The notes: generated by a model from the letters alone, not told the origin. Shown: positions 24,401-36,349, numbered from the whole stretch's first letter. The stretch is 59,710 bases of DNA, filler included, from Stramenopiles sp. TOSAG23-6 (GCA_900128565.1; 3 parts of 3 records of this genome joined end to end with filler, not necessarily neighbours in it), one strand, 5' to 3'. Translations and numbers: made by a program.

Positions 24401-27400
24401 AGAAGCGAAAACATTATTGTTACAAAAACAACAACAACAGGAGGAAGCAGACGTGAAGGAATTTCTACGCACTGGGAAATTAAAATCTCTACCCATTTCA
24501 AATCCAACTGAAATCACTATAAAAGCTCCTGTTGGATCCTTACCCGTTTCAAATCCAACTGAAATCACTATAAAAGCTCCTGCTGGATCTCTCGGTATTA
24601 TTGTTATTCCCTATACTCAAAGTAGATGTGGTGTATTAGTCAAACGCTTTACCAGTCCATTTTGGAAGAAACATGGTGTTCAACCTGGGATGTTATTAAT
24701 ACGGTATAATGATCATGATACAACAAACATGTTTTTTGATGATATCTTACATCTTATAGGTAAGACATCATTGAATGAAAGAGTTGTTACTTTTACTCGT
24801 ATGAACTCAATACAATTACAAGAATTAAGTATTTCTGCTTTTACAATGATGAAAAAACAAAATGTTTTGTCATCATCGATACGAATTCAAAACTGGTGGC
24901 GAATCATACAACGAAAACGTAAAAAACGTAAAAAAGGCGATACAGATTCTCATGTCATCAAACGAATTCAAAATACAAAACAAATAAAAAATAAATCAAA
25001 AAACACAACAAAAACAAAAAAAACTAAACGTGTCAATAGAATTCGTGAAAGTCTTAAAAGTCGGGATGAAAGAAGGAAATTGTCATTAGATAAGCACAAA
25101 TGTCAAAGAAGAAGACGAAGACGAAAGAAATTGCAATTAAAAATAAAAATTCTTGAACAACAAAAAAAGAGAAAATTAGCTGGTTTGTCCAAAGCTATAC
25201 ATGGTATTTGTTTTCAACTAAATTATAATCAATTTAGCACATTTGGATATCATTGGGCATATCTACCAGAAGCTGGAGCAAAACTATTTACAGGGATGTC
25301 TGCTTTGGAACTTAAAGCACCGAATGGGGCTTTGTTATTTCTCCAAAATGTATGTTTTTTTTTTTGTTTTTTTTTTAAATACCAACCAAAATCAATTGTA
25401 GACCTAACAAAAAAAAATCCAAAACAAATTTGAAATATTTTTGTACTATACATGTAATTCATCCTGACGATGTTGATAGTTTTACATCGTCTGCTCAACA
25501 ATCGGCTCAAAATTTCTCCCCTTGGCGATGGCAAGGCAGATTTCTTTTATACCACAATTACAAATTGTTTGGATGGATCGAAGGTGATGATTGTAAGCAA
25601 CATGAGTCTCGTGTTCGCGTTCGTTATGTAAAACTTGAATCTTTTCCTGTTTTATTAAGTGATGATGATCACAGAACTATTCAATGGAGTGGTGTCATGG
25701 AGAATATACATAGAGTTATTGCACTTGAAGAAGGATGGGCTTCAAGCCATTCATCTGACGATGAGGAGGACACTGTGACAGAGGAAGAAATCTTGAATGA
25801 AGACTCAAATGAAGATGTTCATGATAGCGATATTTCTAATGATGTTGTCACGGATGACGAAGACGGCCCCTTAAATTTAAGTAAACTAAATTATGGAGAA
25901 ACGAAAATGATGATGGAAATACTACAAACACAAGCTCAACGAAGAAAAGAATGGAACGCTGCTAAAATAGTACAACGTTTATATAGAGGGCATAAAGCTC
26001 GAAATTTTGTATTATTTGCTATTGCAATGAAATTAAAATGGCAAAAAAATGCAATCATAATCCAAAACGTTTTTCGTTCAACACAGTCTCGTAATTTGCT
26101 TCAATTAATGCGCCTAAAACAACAACAAAGACAAGAAGCAGCTGTGGTACTACAATCATTTACTAGAGGAATGCGTGATCGAGAAAAAGCATATCAAATG
26201 TGGTTACAATCTGAAGCATATTTTCAGAAAAAGAAAATTCAACTAGTCATCAAAATTCAAGCAATATATCGTGGTGTTTGTGTACGAAAACCTCCTAATA
26301 AAGTACAATTACATTTAAATACAATTAAAGTCGTTATTGCATTACAAGCACATAAAAGAGGATTTGATGGTCGAATAAAAGCAGCTAAATGGAAAGTAAA
26401 ATTGGCACAAATGAATCATAATGTATGTTTTTTTTTAAATCCCATACCAGTAACTGTGACTAACAATTTTTTTTACTAAAAAAAAAACACAACAAATAAA
26501 TGTACATTTTCACAATACAGGCCACTTGCATCAATCGAGCTGCTCGATGTTATTTAGCTCGTACTTTACTAAAACGTGTTTTACGAAAAAAACGACAATC
26601 ACAAATGAATACAGTGTACAAAAATTTGGATATAATTCAATCCAAAAAAATAGAGGCAGAAAATTTGTCAATTTTGTTACAAAATATTGTACGTAGAAAA
26701 AATGCAATTAAAAAAGTTAGACGTTTAAAAGATAGAAAAAGACGCCTCAATGCACGAGGGAAAGCAGGGCATGTCATTGCTACACAGCATGCGGTGAAAT
26801 ATTGTCAAAGTTGTATTCGAAGAAAACAAGGTATGTTTTTTTGAATTTCGATTTTTTTTTTTTTTTTTGAAAATTTTATACCTAACAAAAAAAATGAAAA
26901 AAATAATTTTTTTACAATATAGCTCGTCAAGAATTTGAAAGACTTCGAATGCCTCTCCGAAAACAATTTTGCATTTTGACTAGGAAATGGCGAAATCGAA
27001 AAGAAAACGCTCGAAAAGTATTGAATAAAAAGAATATTTTGGCGACACGCATACAGTCAAGATTATATAGAGGTCCACGAGGTAGACGTATGTTTTTTTT
27101 TCAATTTCGATTTTTTATCTAAATGTTTTTTTTTATAGTAAATTTTGTACCTAACAAAATGTACAATTTTTTGTTTTTCACAATATATGAATATATTCTG
27201 AACGTAATTTTTTAAGAGTGGAAGCTCGTAATAGATATCGATTACAATCGTCTCATGTTTTGGCAGCTTTAATTCTCGGTGTATGGAAAGCAAAATGTCG
27301 TCATAAAGAAGAAAAGAAGCAAAAGAATCGTCTTAAACGTCGCGCAAAACGTCAAGAAAATGTACAATTACAGAGAGAACATTCGGCAATTCGAATACAG

Positions 27401-28902
27401 AAATGTATACGTGGTACAATATCACGCTGTGCAACACGTCAAAGAACAATCAAGAGACTTTTAGAAATGGCTGATATGTATCTTTTATTTGTTTTTTCAA
27501 TTTCGATTTTTTTTTCATACGAAATTTTGTACCTAACGTTTTTTTTTTTTGAAATATTTTTCCAAAATACATTGTAGTTTTCGCAAAAGAAGAAACATCA
27601 AGTTATACAAAAGCTGCTCAATTAATTCATTCATCTTATAAAGAAACTCAATTACGAAGTACAATCAATGAAAGTAATGAAAAGAAAAACAATACGTTGA
27701 GTATTCACTTACATATTTTTGGTAATGGTAAAAAGGTGTTGTTGCCACAACAAAGTGTGATTGATTTTATTCAGTCTTTGAAGTATCCAAATAAAAGAAT
27801 TCTGCAACATCCCCAGTACCCACAATTGGATCACCAACAGTCATCAAGAAAATCATTAGGTGAGAAATTGTCAATAAAAAAAAAGAAATCCAAGTTGAAA
27901 TTTCGACCTCATACAACAAATCGCCGAAACGCAGAAAATTTTGTATGTATGTTTTACTTTTTTTCAAATTCGAAATTTTTTTTCGTACGAAAATTTGTAC
28001 CTAACGATATTTTTTTTGAAATATTTTTCCAAAATACATTTGTTCTAGGTGAATGGATTGGCAATTGTAGAGATTTGTTGAATTTGATACATTTGAGTTC
28101 ATCAAATGAATCGAATATTCGTTTTCATGGTTTATTTAGATTGATACAAAATATACAAAATCAACAAAATCAACAAAATCAACAAAATAGATTTTCTGGA
28201 TTTCTTACACAAAGAAAAGTAAATGAAAAAAGACAAAAAAAAAGCCAACAAAGTGAATATTATAATGATAATCAAAAAAATCAAAAAAATCAAAAAAATC
28301 AAAAAAATATTTTTCTTCCTCTGATTGACAATTCTTCGCTCACAGCTGCATCAAATAAGAATAATATCACTCAAGAAATTCAAAATTCATTTGATGCAAA
28401 ATTAAGTACAAAAAAAAGAAAATCAATGATCGAATCAAACGTAAATTTTAAGTATCAAACTTCTTTCCAAAATGACCAAAATGACAAAAATCATTATTCT
28501 TTACAAAGACGACAAAAATTAAAACGATTACAGAGAAGAAGAAAACGACCAACAAGGTTGAAACAATTAATTTTAAACGATGAATCTCGGATACAAATGA
28601 ATACAAACCCTAACCCTAATCAAAATATACAAAATATAGAACAATTTAAAATTACGAAAACAAAAACAGAAAGAAATGAATCAAAATTGTCTATAGATAA
28701 AACAAAAACAGAAACAGAAAGAAATGAATCAAAATTGTCTATAGATAAAATGAAACGTAGGAAATCTCCACGGAAACATCCAAAAACGTTCACGACAGCA
28801 AATGATCAAAAGTTCTCGAAATATAAATTATATAATAGCCGCAGTAGTATGAAAAAACGTATGAAAAAACGTATGAAAAAAAACGATGAAAAAAAACGAT
28901 GA
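21470..28902 (+). CDS. Large multi-exon protein: Tudor-like domain, coiled coils, PDZ domain, multiple IQ motifs
   Basis: ORF fragments join in frame across 12 family insertions; PDZ (APAGSLGIIV...GVQPGMLLIRYND), IQ motifs (IVQRLYRGHKAR, LQSFTRG, IQAIYRG); start uncertain. Confidence 0.75.
22253..22413 (+). mobile_element. Diverged GT-AT intron directly abutting a second copy
   Basis: GAT|GTACGTTT...TTTCACAAAATAT|GTATG. Confidence 0.65.
22414..22504 (+). mobile_element. Near-consensus GT-AT intron (91 nt)
   Basis: AT|GTATGTTTT...CCAAAATACAT|GTT; removing 22253-22504 gives WEGD-VWREQ. Confidence 0.85.
22669..22798 (+). mobile_element. GT-AT intron (130 nt, duplicated branch region)
   Basis: CGAAT|GTTTG...AATATACAT|G; opens a 40-nt exon (MKHLLQKQKKEQFN). 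Confidence 0.8.
22839..22964 (+). mobile_element. Family-derived intron with canonical GT-AG ends
   Basis: AAT|GTTTGTTTTC...TTCACAAAACAG|TTG, phase 0. Confidence 0.8.
23345..23438 (+). mobile_element. Diverged GT-AT intron (94 nt)
   Basis: AT|GTATG...CAGGATAT|G is in frame; the CAG 5 nt upstream is out of frame with this donor. Confidence 0.65.
23707..23798 (+). mobile_element. GT-AT intron (92 nt)
   Basis: CAT|GTATG...AAAATACAT|GTG; the downstream TGCAG is out of frame. Confidence 0.87.
25350..25453 (+). mobile_element. GT-AT intron (104 nt)
   Basis: AAT|GTATG...ACCTAAC...CTATACAT|GTA, phase 0. Confidence 0.82.
26423..26520 (+). mobile_element. Family-derived intron, GT-AG (98 nt)
   Basis: AAT|GTATG...GACTAAC...CACAATACAG|GCC. 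Confidence 0.82.
26831..26922 (+). mobile_element. Family-derived intron, GT-AG with AG direct repeat (92 nt)
   Basis: CAAG|GTATG...TACCTAAC...ACAATATAG|CT. Confidence 0.82.
27088..27188 (+). mobile_element. GT-AT intron (101 nt); alternative in-frame AC end at 27203
   Basis: AGAC|GTATG...CACAATATAT|GA. Confidence 0.7.
27478..27572 (+). mobile_element. GT-AT intron (95 nt)
   Basis: GATAT|GTATC...CCAAAATACAT|T gives DIVVFAKEE, in frame with the next ORF; the TAG 5 nt downstream is out of frame. Confidence 0.87.
27947..28039 (+). mobile_element. GT-AT intron (93 nt, stop-free, 3n)
   Basis: Near-consensus copy read through in the ORF track as CMFYFFSNSKFFFVRKFVPNDIFFEIFFQNT. Confidence 0.85.
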
Positions 28903-29419
28903 AAAAAAATAATTAATAAAATTCATGAAAATCATAATTGAATTGAATTACGTAACTGGAGATATAAAATAATAATAAATAAAAGTATGAATATGAACAC
29001 TGTATGTACGTAGTGGTTGAAGTATTGTGTTTTTATAACAAAATTATAGCTCTATAATATTGACAATATTTTTTTTTTGTGTTTTTATAACAAAATTAAT
29101 AAAAACGTAACCGACGATATTAACCGACAGATTTCGTCAATTGCGATTGGTCAGCTGCTGTTAATTTTTTTTTTTTCAATGTTGACATCAACAAGTCGAA
29201 GTCAATCACACACCGACCACACACACACACAACAAAACGAGAAAACATTGAAAGATCGTCCAATTACAAGACGCAAACCGACACACAAACGATATATATC
29301 TATGAACACACACGCTACCCAGAGATTTCATTGTTTTTTTCATGGCTTTATGATTGTAATACTGTGTACTACATAGTATAAGATAAATAGTATTATCATT
29401 TAAGTTCAAGTTCGTCTTT

Positions 29420-30246
29420 ATGAACGTCACTCCAACTCAACGAAAAGAACTTCAACTTTCTTCTAACACCGACACCGACACTGATACTGATATTACAAAC
29501 ATGACGTCTACATCGAATACTTTTCAACATACTCAGTATGACGTCTATTATGGTCTTGCACTTGTGATTGGAATACATGGTAACATTATATCTATAGTCT
29601 TACCTATGGATCCTTTTGTATCACTTGATTTTCATGTAAAGAATTCTACACAAGTCATACTTCAACAACTTCAAATGGGAACCCTCATAGAAATTGAAAA
29701 TATGATTGTAGAATGTGGCAAAACACAAAAAACAATACGTTATTATAGGAGTCTTGACATTGCTTCTATTGCTTTTGGAAGTAGAGGACATCGATGTATC
29801 AAATGGTTTGAAGATTTGTGTAGGTTTTTTTTTTTTTTTTTTTCATAAACATTTTCAAATTTTTCATACCTAAACAAAAAAAACAAAAAAAAACAAAAAC
29901 AAAAACAAACAAAAAACTCAAATTGTACATATTTGTATACAATATATGGGGTATTGGTGTACATGGTGACGTCATTCATAGAGAATTATGTGAAAAAGTT
30001 GAAAATTTTGTCATTCAGTCTCTTCAAAACGAAAACAAAAACGATGAAACTGATACAATGGAACAAAACAGTCATGAATTATCTGCGGATATTTTAAGAG
30101 ACGTTCAAAATTACAAATTTTCGTATCAAATGATGAAGAAATCATATGTAGTTTGTAATGTATATAAAACATTTTTATTTGCTGTCTTTAACAGAAAACA
30201 AAAAAAAATTGTAGAAGAACATTTAACTACAAAATTGTATACCTAA
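29420..30246 (+). CDS. Hypothetical protein, 2 exons
   Basis: Two ORFs joined as WFEDL-WGIGVHG; no family recognised. Confidence 0.55.
29820..29947 (+). mobile_element. Diverged GT-AT intron (128 nt)
   Basis: TTGT|GTAGG...TACCTAAAC...ACAATATAT|GG, phase 1. Confidence 0.65.
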
Positions 30247-30352
30247 TTTGAACATTTAACTACAAAAATGTATACCTAATTTGAACACTGTAAAAAAATT
30301 GTAGAAGAACATTTAACTACAAAAATGTATACCTAATTTGAACACTGTAAAA
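30203..30352 (+). repeat. Tandem duplications spanning the stop codon (GAACATTTAACTACAAAAATGTATACCTAATTTGAACA x3)
   Basis: Three near-identical copies visible. Confidence 0.85.
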
Positions 30353-30546
30353 AGTGTACAAAAAATTTCAAATTTGTTATATCATTTTTGAAAACTATAA
30401 AAAGCTATAAAACGTATATAATAAATATGTTACAATTTGTTTTCTATTCCATTCATTCATATTAGTTTATTATCTATAATCAAAAAGTAAAAAAAAGTAA
30501 AAAAAAGTAAAAAAAACTAAAAAAAAAGTAAAAAAATATTTTTTTT

Positions 30547-32505
30547 TTATTTAAAATTTTTTTCTGGTCGTCGGACATTTTCTTCTGGTGGTCGGACGAA
30601 AACTCCCGAATCAGCAAAATTTGATGTAGATTGTTTTTTCTTTTTTGAATAAATTTGTGTTCTTCTCCAATTATTTAATTGTTTTTGTCTATTGTTTTTC
30701 ATTTCAAACTTTCTTTGAACAACATTGTCCTTTGATTCTAATGATATTGATATATGTTTTGTATTATTTTTTGTATTATTTTTTGTATTATTTTTTGTAT
30801 TATTTTTTGTATTATGAATATCATTAGACGTTTTCAAGTTGACCTCACCATTTTGAATTTTAACAAGTATATGCTTATATTGTTTTGCTTTTTTTTCAAA
30901 AAGTTTTGATTTTTGACATTCTTGCTTATATTTTTTAGTTAATTTTGAAAAAGCTCGTTCTAAATCTTTTACATACATTGAAGTACAATATTCTCAAAAA
31001 TTAAATTATTTTTGTTAGGTACAAAATTTACTATGAAAAAAAAAACACAAAAAAAATCATGATTCGGGTTAGGGTTAGGGTTAAAAAAAAATACATGCAA
31101 AGCTAAAGTTTCATCATGTGATCGAATTCCATTTGTATTTTTACTTTTTAACATTTCTTCAGTTTGTTGGCATTTAAATGCTTCCATTGCTGACTTTAAA
31201 TGACGAAATTCAATGTCATACATTTTTTTAAAATCATCCATTTCCATCATCTGCTTTTTATACATATTGAGCAGGTTTGTGTTTTCTACACGCAATTTTT
31301 GATTTATATCCATAATTTTTTTTATTTCATCATTTTGTATATTTGGTATATTTGGTATATTTGGTATATTTGGTATATTTGAATTGTTACGATTGGAAGA
31401 GTGAATAGGATAATTTTGTTGTTGGAGCATATAAGAATTATTTTGTAAAAAATCAAATGAATTTTTTTGTGTATTTTTTTTTTCAGTTCGATTTTGAAAT
31501 TTTTGATTATTTTGTATTTTTTCTGTTTTTTCTGTGTTATCATCTAAAAGGACGAGAAATGATTCACCAAGTTGTTCAGGGGAAGAAAATCGAGCATTTC
31601 GTGTTTTTCTTGTATGCTGATTTGTCATTGAGTTTTCGTGTATAGTCAAACAATATTTCAAAAAAAAAAAAAAGTTTTGTTAGGTACAAAATTTCGTATG
31701 AAAAAAGAAAATGAAATTCATGACAAAAACGTACAGGTAAAAAATCCATTTTTTTTTGCAATCGTTTTAGTGACTCAAAACTATTGAAAACAGCAGCCGA
31801 TGCAGTAGCATAATTATTTTGAACAATAGTAGGTATTTGTTGTTGATTCGTATTTTCAAATTCCAATATACCAAAATGTTTTGTAGATGAATTTGCACTT
31901 AATTTGTTATTGTTTTTATTTTGCTCCCGGTAACGTTGCTCTTGCTGTTGTTCTAATTGTCCTATGCCAGCGGCGGCTGCAGCTGCAGCTTCGTTGTCTT
32001 TGATAAAACCCCTTTTTGAATCATTTTGTGTGGAGCAGTTATCAGTTTGAGTGGAAAGCAATCGAGCGTTTTGTTCTATAGTGTTATCTTTGTTTTGGGG
32101 AAATCTTTGCTTTTCTAATGTTTTTTTGTTTGCTTTGTTCATATCATTTTTTTCATCCTTTTGATTATTCAGATTACCATGAATATCAAAATCTTCATAT
32201 TGAAAGTGGAAAACATCAGAATTAGCAACTTTGTTCATAGGGGGTAATTCCTTATGATACTCTGTACGACAAGTTTTCGCCTTACACCAATAACTATGAG
32301 ATAGCAACTTGAGAGCTTGTAGAGTTGATTCACTTGAAGTACTTGTACATATTTTTTTATATGTATCCCCTGCATTTATATACTGTTTCTCAGCTTCATC
32401 AAGATTACCTTTCGTGAATGCAACGTCTGCAGCAGTAGCAGCACTGCGAGCAAGTTCTATAAGTTGCTGTTGTTGTTGTGGAGTTGACTCACCAACACAA
32501 GACAT
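30547..32505 (-). CDS. MIT-like N-terminal helical domain plus low-complexity/coiled-coil protein, 3 exons
   Basis: Three ORFs joined over two family introns; N-terminus AATAADVAFTKGNLDEAEKQYINA resembles a MIT domain. Confidence 0.6.
30973..31094 (-). mobile_element. GT-AT intron with internal (CCCTAA)n insertion (122 nt)
   Basis: CAT|GTATT...AACCCTAACCCTAACCC...GTACCTAAC...CAATGTAT|GTA. Confidence 0.75.
31638..31734 (-). mobile_element. Family intron with apparent GT-AC ends (97 nt)
   Basis: CCT|GTACG...GTACCTAAC...CTATACAC|GAA, phase 0, at the consensus end position. Confidence 0.7.
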
Positions 32506-32930
32506 TGCAACGACCGACGTATTCTAAAAATCAATATATACTATATGTTGGATAAGTATGTACTAGAGACACAGCAGGTATAGAAACAATATATTTATAC
32601 TAGATATTAGATAAATATGCAGCTACAATAGTAAATCAATTATGAAATAACATTGAATTGAAGCTCCAATTATTCTGTATTTTTTTCAATTTCAACTGTT
32701 CATAAAAAAAGAGAATTTTCTGAATTCTCTTTTTCTCAGATGAGTTACCCGGTAATAAAAACAAAATTATTAATGCGGATAATCAGGCGGACGGTACCGG
32801 GTATCGGATAGCTGAAAAGAAGAAAAAAAGAACGAAAAAGAACAAGGAAAGAACGCTTTAGTCGGTAAGTTTTGTAAAGTAAAAATACACAAGAGATTAT
32901 CTTTATCACGCATAACCCTACCATTTGAAA

Positions 32931-34232
32931 ATGCTACAGAAAAATATTCTTATTCTGGCTATGGCTGCGGTTCTTTGCCATAATACAGTGCAAGCAGACG
33001 AACCGTATGACGCTGACATTGACTGGAGTAATAAGAAGGAAATTATAAGTCTGGTTAGTTCTAAAAATTACTCCGAAGTACATTGTCCCTATATTTTTAC
33101 ACCGGAAAGTATTTCTCCAATATGGACAAAGATCGGTGATTTAATTAATGACAAAGATGTAGTGATTGCAATACTTAACAGGTGGGCGGCTAATGAGAAA
33201 AACGTACTCCAGAGAGTTCCAGAGCACTTGAGGAATGACAAAGAAGTTTTGCTTGCGTCATTAAGAAATAATTCCGACTTTGAGAATCTACCAGCTGATA
33301 TTCCGTGTGATACTCTTGTACATGTTGAAGGTTTCTCTGAAGAAATTACTTGGGATAAAGCTGTGCTTTTCACATATGCCACAAAAAGTATTTCGGTTTC
33401 GCATACATCAATAAGACAATTGTTGAACAAATGTAAATACCTGAAAGATGATGATTTTATGTCGCGTATAATTGAAGAAAGTCCTTCTTACATTGACTTT
33501 GCGTCAGAAAGGATTCAGAATAAACACGCAGTTGCGTTTACTGCGTCGGGGGTCCGTTCGTTTGAAGATGCTCCAAAAAAATATCATGCTCATTCTGAGA
33601 TGATCTTAAGAGTAATGCTAAATACTCCACAAGAAATACCTCTTTTAATGTCCTGGGCAGAAAATGAGGGAGGTGATGTACTCTCAACTGCTAAAGAAAT
33701 GCTCAAAATTTATGAACAATTACCTACACATCTTGGACCGAACGATGAGGAATTTGAAAAGGATAACAAAAAAGCTGCTGCGTTCAAAGAAGATTATAAC
33801 TTACGTGGTTTACCCGGAAATCGTTTTTTTACCGGGTCTCGTTTTACTGAATTTCTTGAAAAAGAAAATGCACAAGCAATTTTCCATGCTGACGGCACAT
33901 TTGGAACTTTGCCAGCTCAACCGGTTACTTCTATTCGTTTTGCAATTCCAAAGACAGTAATACATAATATCGATATGTACTCAGCGAGAACGAGACTTGC
34001 ACTGTCTAAAGTAATTGAAAAATACTGGCGGGTTTCCGATGTTTGGACCATGATACGTGACATACTCGCTGAAAACAAGTGGCTCTCGACCGAGAAGACT
34101 CTTCAAGAAAAAAAAACAGTGGATATTATTTATAACAAAAGTGAACCACAAGTCGAACCAGAATCACAAGTCGAACCAGAATCACAAGTTCAACCAGAAT
34201 CACAAGTTCAACCAGAACTAGAGCTCATGTAG
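32931..34232 (+). CDS. Secreted protein with DUF4116-like repeats and C-terminal (EPESQV)n
   Basis: Signal peptide; LINDKDVVIAIL, LRNDKEVLLASL, IDFASERIQN; intronless. Confidence 0.6.
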   Translation: MLQKNILILAMAAVLCHNTVQADEPYDADIDWSNKKEIISLVSSKNYSEVHCPYIFTPESISPIWTKIGDLINDKDVVIAILNRWAANEKNVLQRVPEHLRNDKEVLLASLRNNSDFENLPADIPCDTLVHVEGFSEEITWDKAVLFTYATKSISVSHTSIRQLLNKCKYLKDDDFMSRIIEESPSYIDFASERIQNKHAVAFTASGVRSFEDAPKKYHAHSEMILRVMLNTPQEIPLLMSWAENEGGDVLSTAKEMLKIYEQLPTHLGPNDEEFEKDNKKAAAFKEDYNLRGLPGNRFFTGSRFTEFLEKENAQAIFHADGTFGTLPAQPVTSIRFAIPKTVIHNIDMYSARTRLALSKVIEKYWRVSDVWTMIRDILAENKWLSTEKTLQEKKTVDIIYNKSEPQVEPESQVEPESQVQPESQVQPELELM

Positions 34233-34426
34233 AGTCATAATGTTTGAAAATAATATTTTATGAAAGATTCTTTCTATTGAAATGAATTAGATTAGATTCC
34301 TGTACTACATATGTAAATATCTGTGCATTTATTGAAGTAATATCATTAAAAAAATATTATATAATTTATTTTTGTTGGAATTTCTAATTTATTTTTTTTG
34401 GAATTTCTAATTTATTTGAAAACAAA

Positions 34427-36349
34427 TCAAAGAGATTGCAACCATTTACAAACTTCTATATGTTGATTTTCACTAGCTATTTCTAAACACTCATGCATTT
34501 TGGGGAAATATGTTACACTTGGAATTGGTCAAAAATGAGCATTAGGTACGACATTTTATACTAAAAAAAAAAATCTAATTCATGATTAAAGCGTACATCG
34601 ACATGAATCGGACATTTAGGTATTTGTTCATTGCACCAACGAAGAACGTCCAACATACCACTTTCTGCAGCTGATAGCATTGTATTTTCATCCCATGGGC
34701 ATATGTTTTGAAAAATATTAAAATAATATATATTTTTGTTAGGTATAGAATTTTCTATAAAAAAAAAATTGTAATTATTTTCTCTTTTGAAATAATATTT
34801 TGAACCCTAACCCTACTAGAAAATAAAAACATACAAGGTGGTTGACAGTTACGAATATACCGCAAAACAGATAATTGACCACGATATGCAGCTATAGCAC
34901 ACACATCTTCATTCCAAGGACAAGGTGGATTTTGATGTCTTAACCATTTCAAAACTTCCACTCGTCCTGAAAAAGCATATATTACAAAAAAAAAAAAAAG
35001 TTTGAAATTTGTTAGGGTTATTTGTACGAAATTTTTTTTCTTAGGTACAAAATTCCGTATGAAAAAAATAAATTTGAAATTCATGATGAAAACAAACTGC
35101 ACTTGATGCTGTGTACGTATCCCAAGGACATGGTGGATTTTGATGTCTTAACCATTTCAAAACGTTTAAATGACCATTTTTTGCTGCTTTTCCACAAACC
35201 ATTTTATCCCATGGGCAAGTACTATCAAACAATATTTCAAAAATATAACATTTGTTAAGTATGAAAAAATCGTATGAAAAAAATAAATCTGAAATTCAAA
35301 CAATATTTCAAAAATGTAACATTTTGTAGAGTATGAAAAATTTGTATTAAAAAAAAATAAATTTGAAATTCATGATTAGGGTTAGGGGTACACACATTGT
35401 GGAGTTTGACGTCTTAACCACTGTACTGTTTCTAAATGACCAAATTCTGCAGCTTTGATACAACATTTCCTACCAAATCGACAACCTTGTTGATATTTTG
35501 TGAAAAATATTTTTTTTTGTTGTCAAAATTAAAATTAAAATTTGTTAGGTACAACATTTCGTAGTAAAAGAAAAAACATCATGATGAAAACCGTTACAAC
35601 AAACTTGAAGCCATTGTAAAACTTTTAATTGACCTGTAGATGCTGCATTCCATTCAACGTTAAGCCAAGGACATGGTGGATTTTGATTTCTTAACCATTG
35701 TAAAACGTCTAAATGACCAAATCTTGCAGCTTCACAACACGAATCATCTCCCCATGGACAGTTTTGTGTCTTTAGCCATTTCATTATACGTAAATGTCCA
35801 TTCGCTGCAGCTTCACTAAATGTTCCAACATCCCACGGACAAGGTGGATTTTGATGTCTTAACCATTTTAATACATCCAGCTGGTTATTACCAGCAGCAT
35901 GACGGCATGTATTGACATCCCAACTACACGGCGGTGAAAAATATTTTCGATTTCGTAACCATTTTACAATCTTCAAATGGCCGTTTTGGGCAGCTGCTGT
36001 GATTGTTTTACTACTAAAATGACATATCGTTTTATTTTTATTTTGACATCGTAACCATTCTAAAATAACAAATTGATTATTTTCGGCTGCTTTTACAGAT
36101 GTATTGGAAAAAATATTTAAAAGATTTGAAAATTAAAATTGGTCTGTTACAAAATGTTGAGTTGAAAGAAAATATAAATATTTGAAACAAAATGTTGAGT
36201 TGAAAGAAAATAGTAATATTTGAAAAACGTACATGTATCTATACCAAAAGGACACGGTGGGTTTTGACTACGTAACCACCTTAGAATGAGTAATTGACCA
36301 CTAGCCGCAGCGTAGGTGCAAGCATTGAATTTCTTTGTTGCCCAAGGAC
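34427..36349 (-). CDS. Ankyrin-like repeat protein (CPWD..C..AA..G.L.VLKWLR.QNPP repeats); 5' end missing; 7 exons
   Basis: Repeat register is restored across the family introns (one junction, ~35218-35395, is ambiguous); ends CKWLQSL*. Confidence 0.8.
34493..34596 (-). mobile_element. GT-AT intron (104 nt); an in-frame AG lies 3 nt further
   Basis: GAT|GTACG...TACCTAAT...AAATGCAT|GAG. Confidence 0.7.
34701..34834 (-). mobile_element. GT-AT intron (134 nt)
   Basis: CCTT|GTATG...CAAAACATAT|GC restores PPCPW. Confidence 0.85.
34977..35097 (-). mobile_element. GT-AT intron (121 nt)
   Basis: GCA|GTTTG...GTAATATAT|GCT restores SAAFSG. Confidence 0.8.
35493..35604 (-). mobile_element. GT-AT intron (112 nt)
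   Basis: CAA|GTTTG...CACAAAATAT|CAA restores WLQQQGC. Confidence 0.78.
36099..36232 (-). mobile_element. GT-AT intron (134 nt)
   Basis: ACAT|GTACG...TCCAATACAT|CT restores DTSVKAAENNQ. Confidence 0.82.

Noticed and set aside
35218-35395. Possible GT-TT intron in the ankyrin-like gene
   Set aside because: An intron is clearly present, but GTGTGT offers several donors with in-frame AT or AG alternatives, so the boundary cannot be fixed.
6106-36349. Fragmented ORFs as pseudogenes or an alternative genetic code
   Set aside because: Stops and frame changes fall inside the repeat copies; exons are intact and long intronless genes use the standard code.
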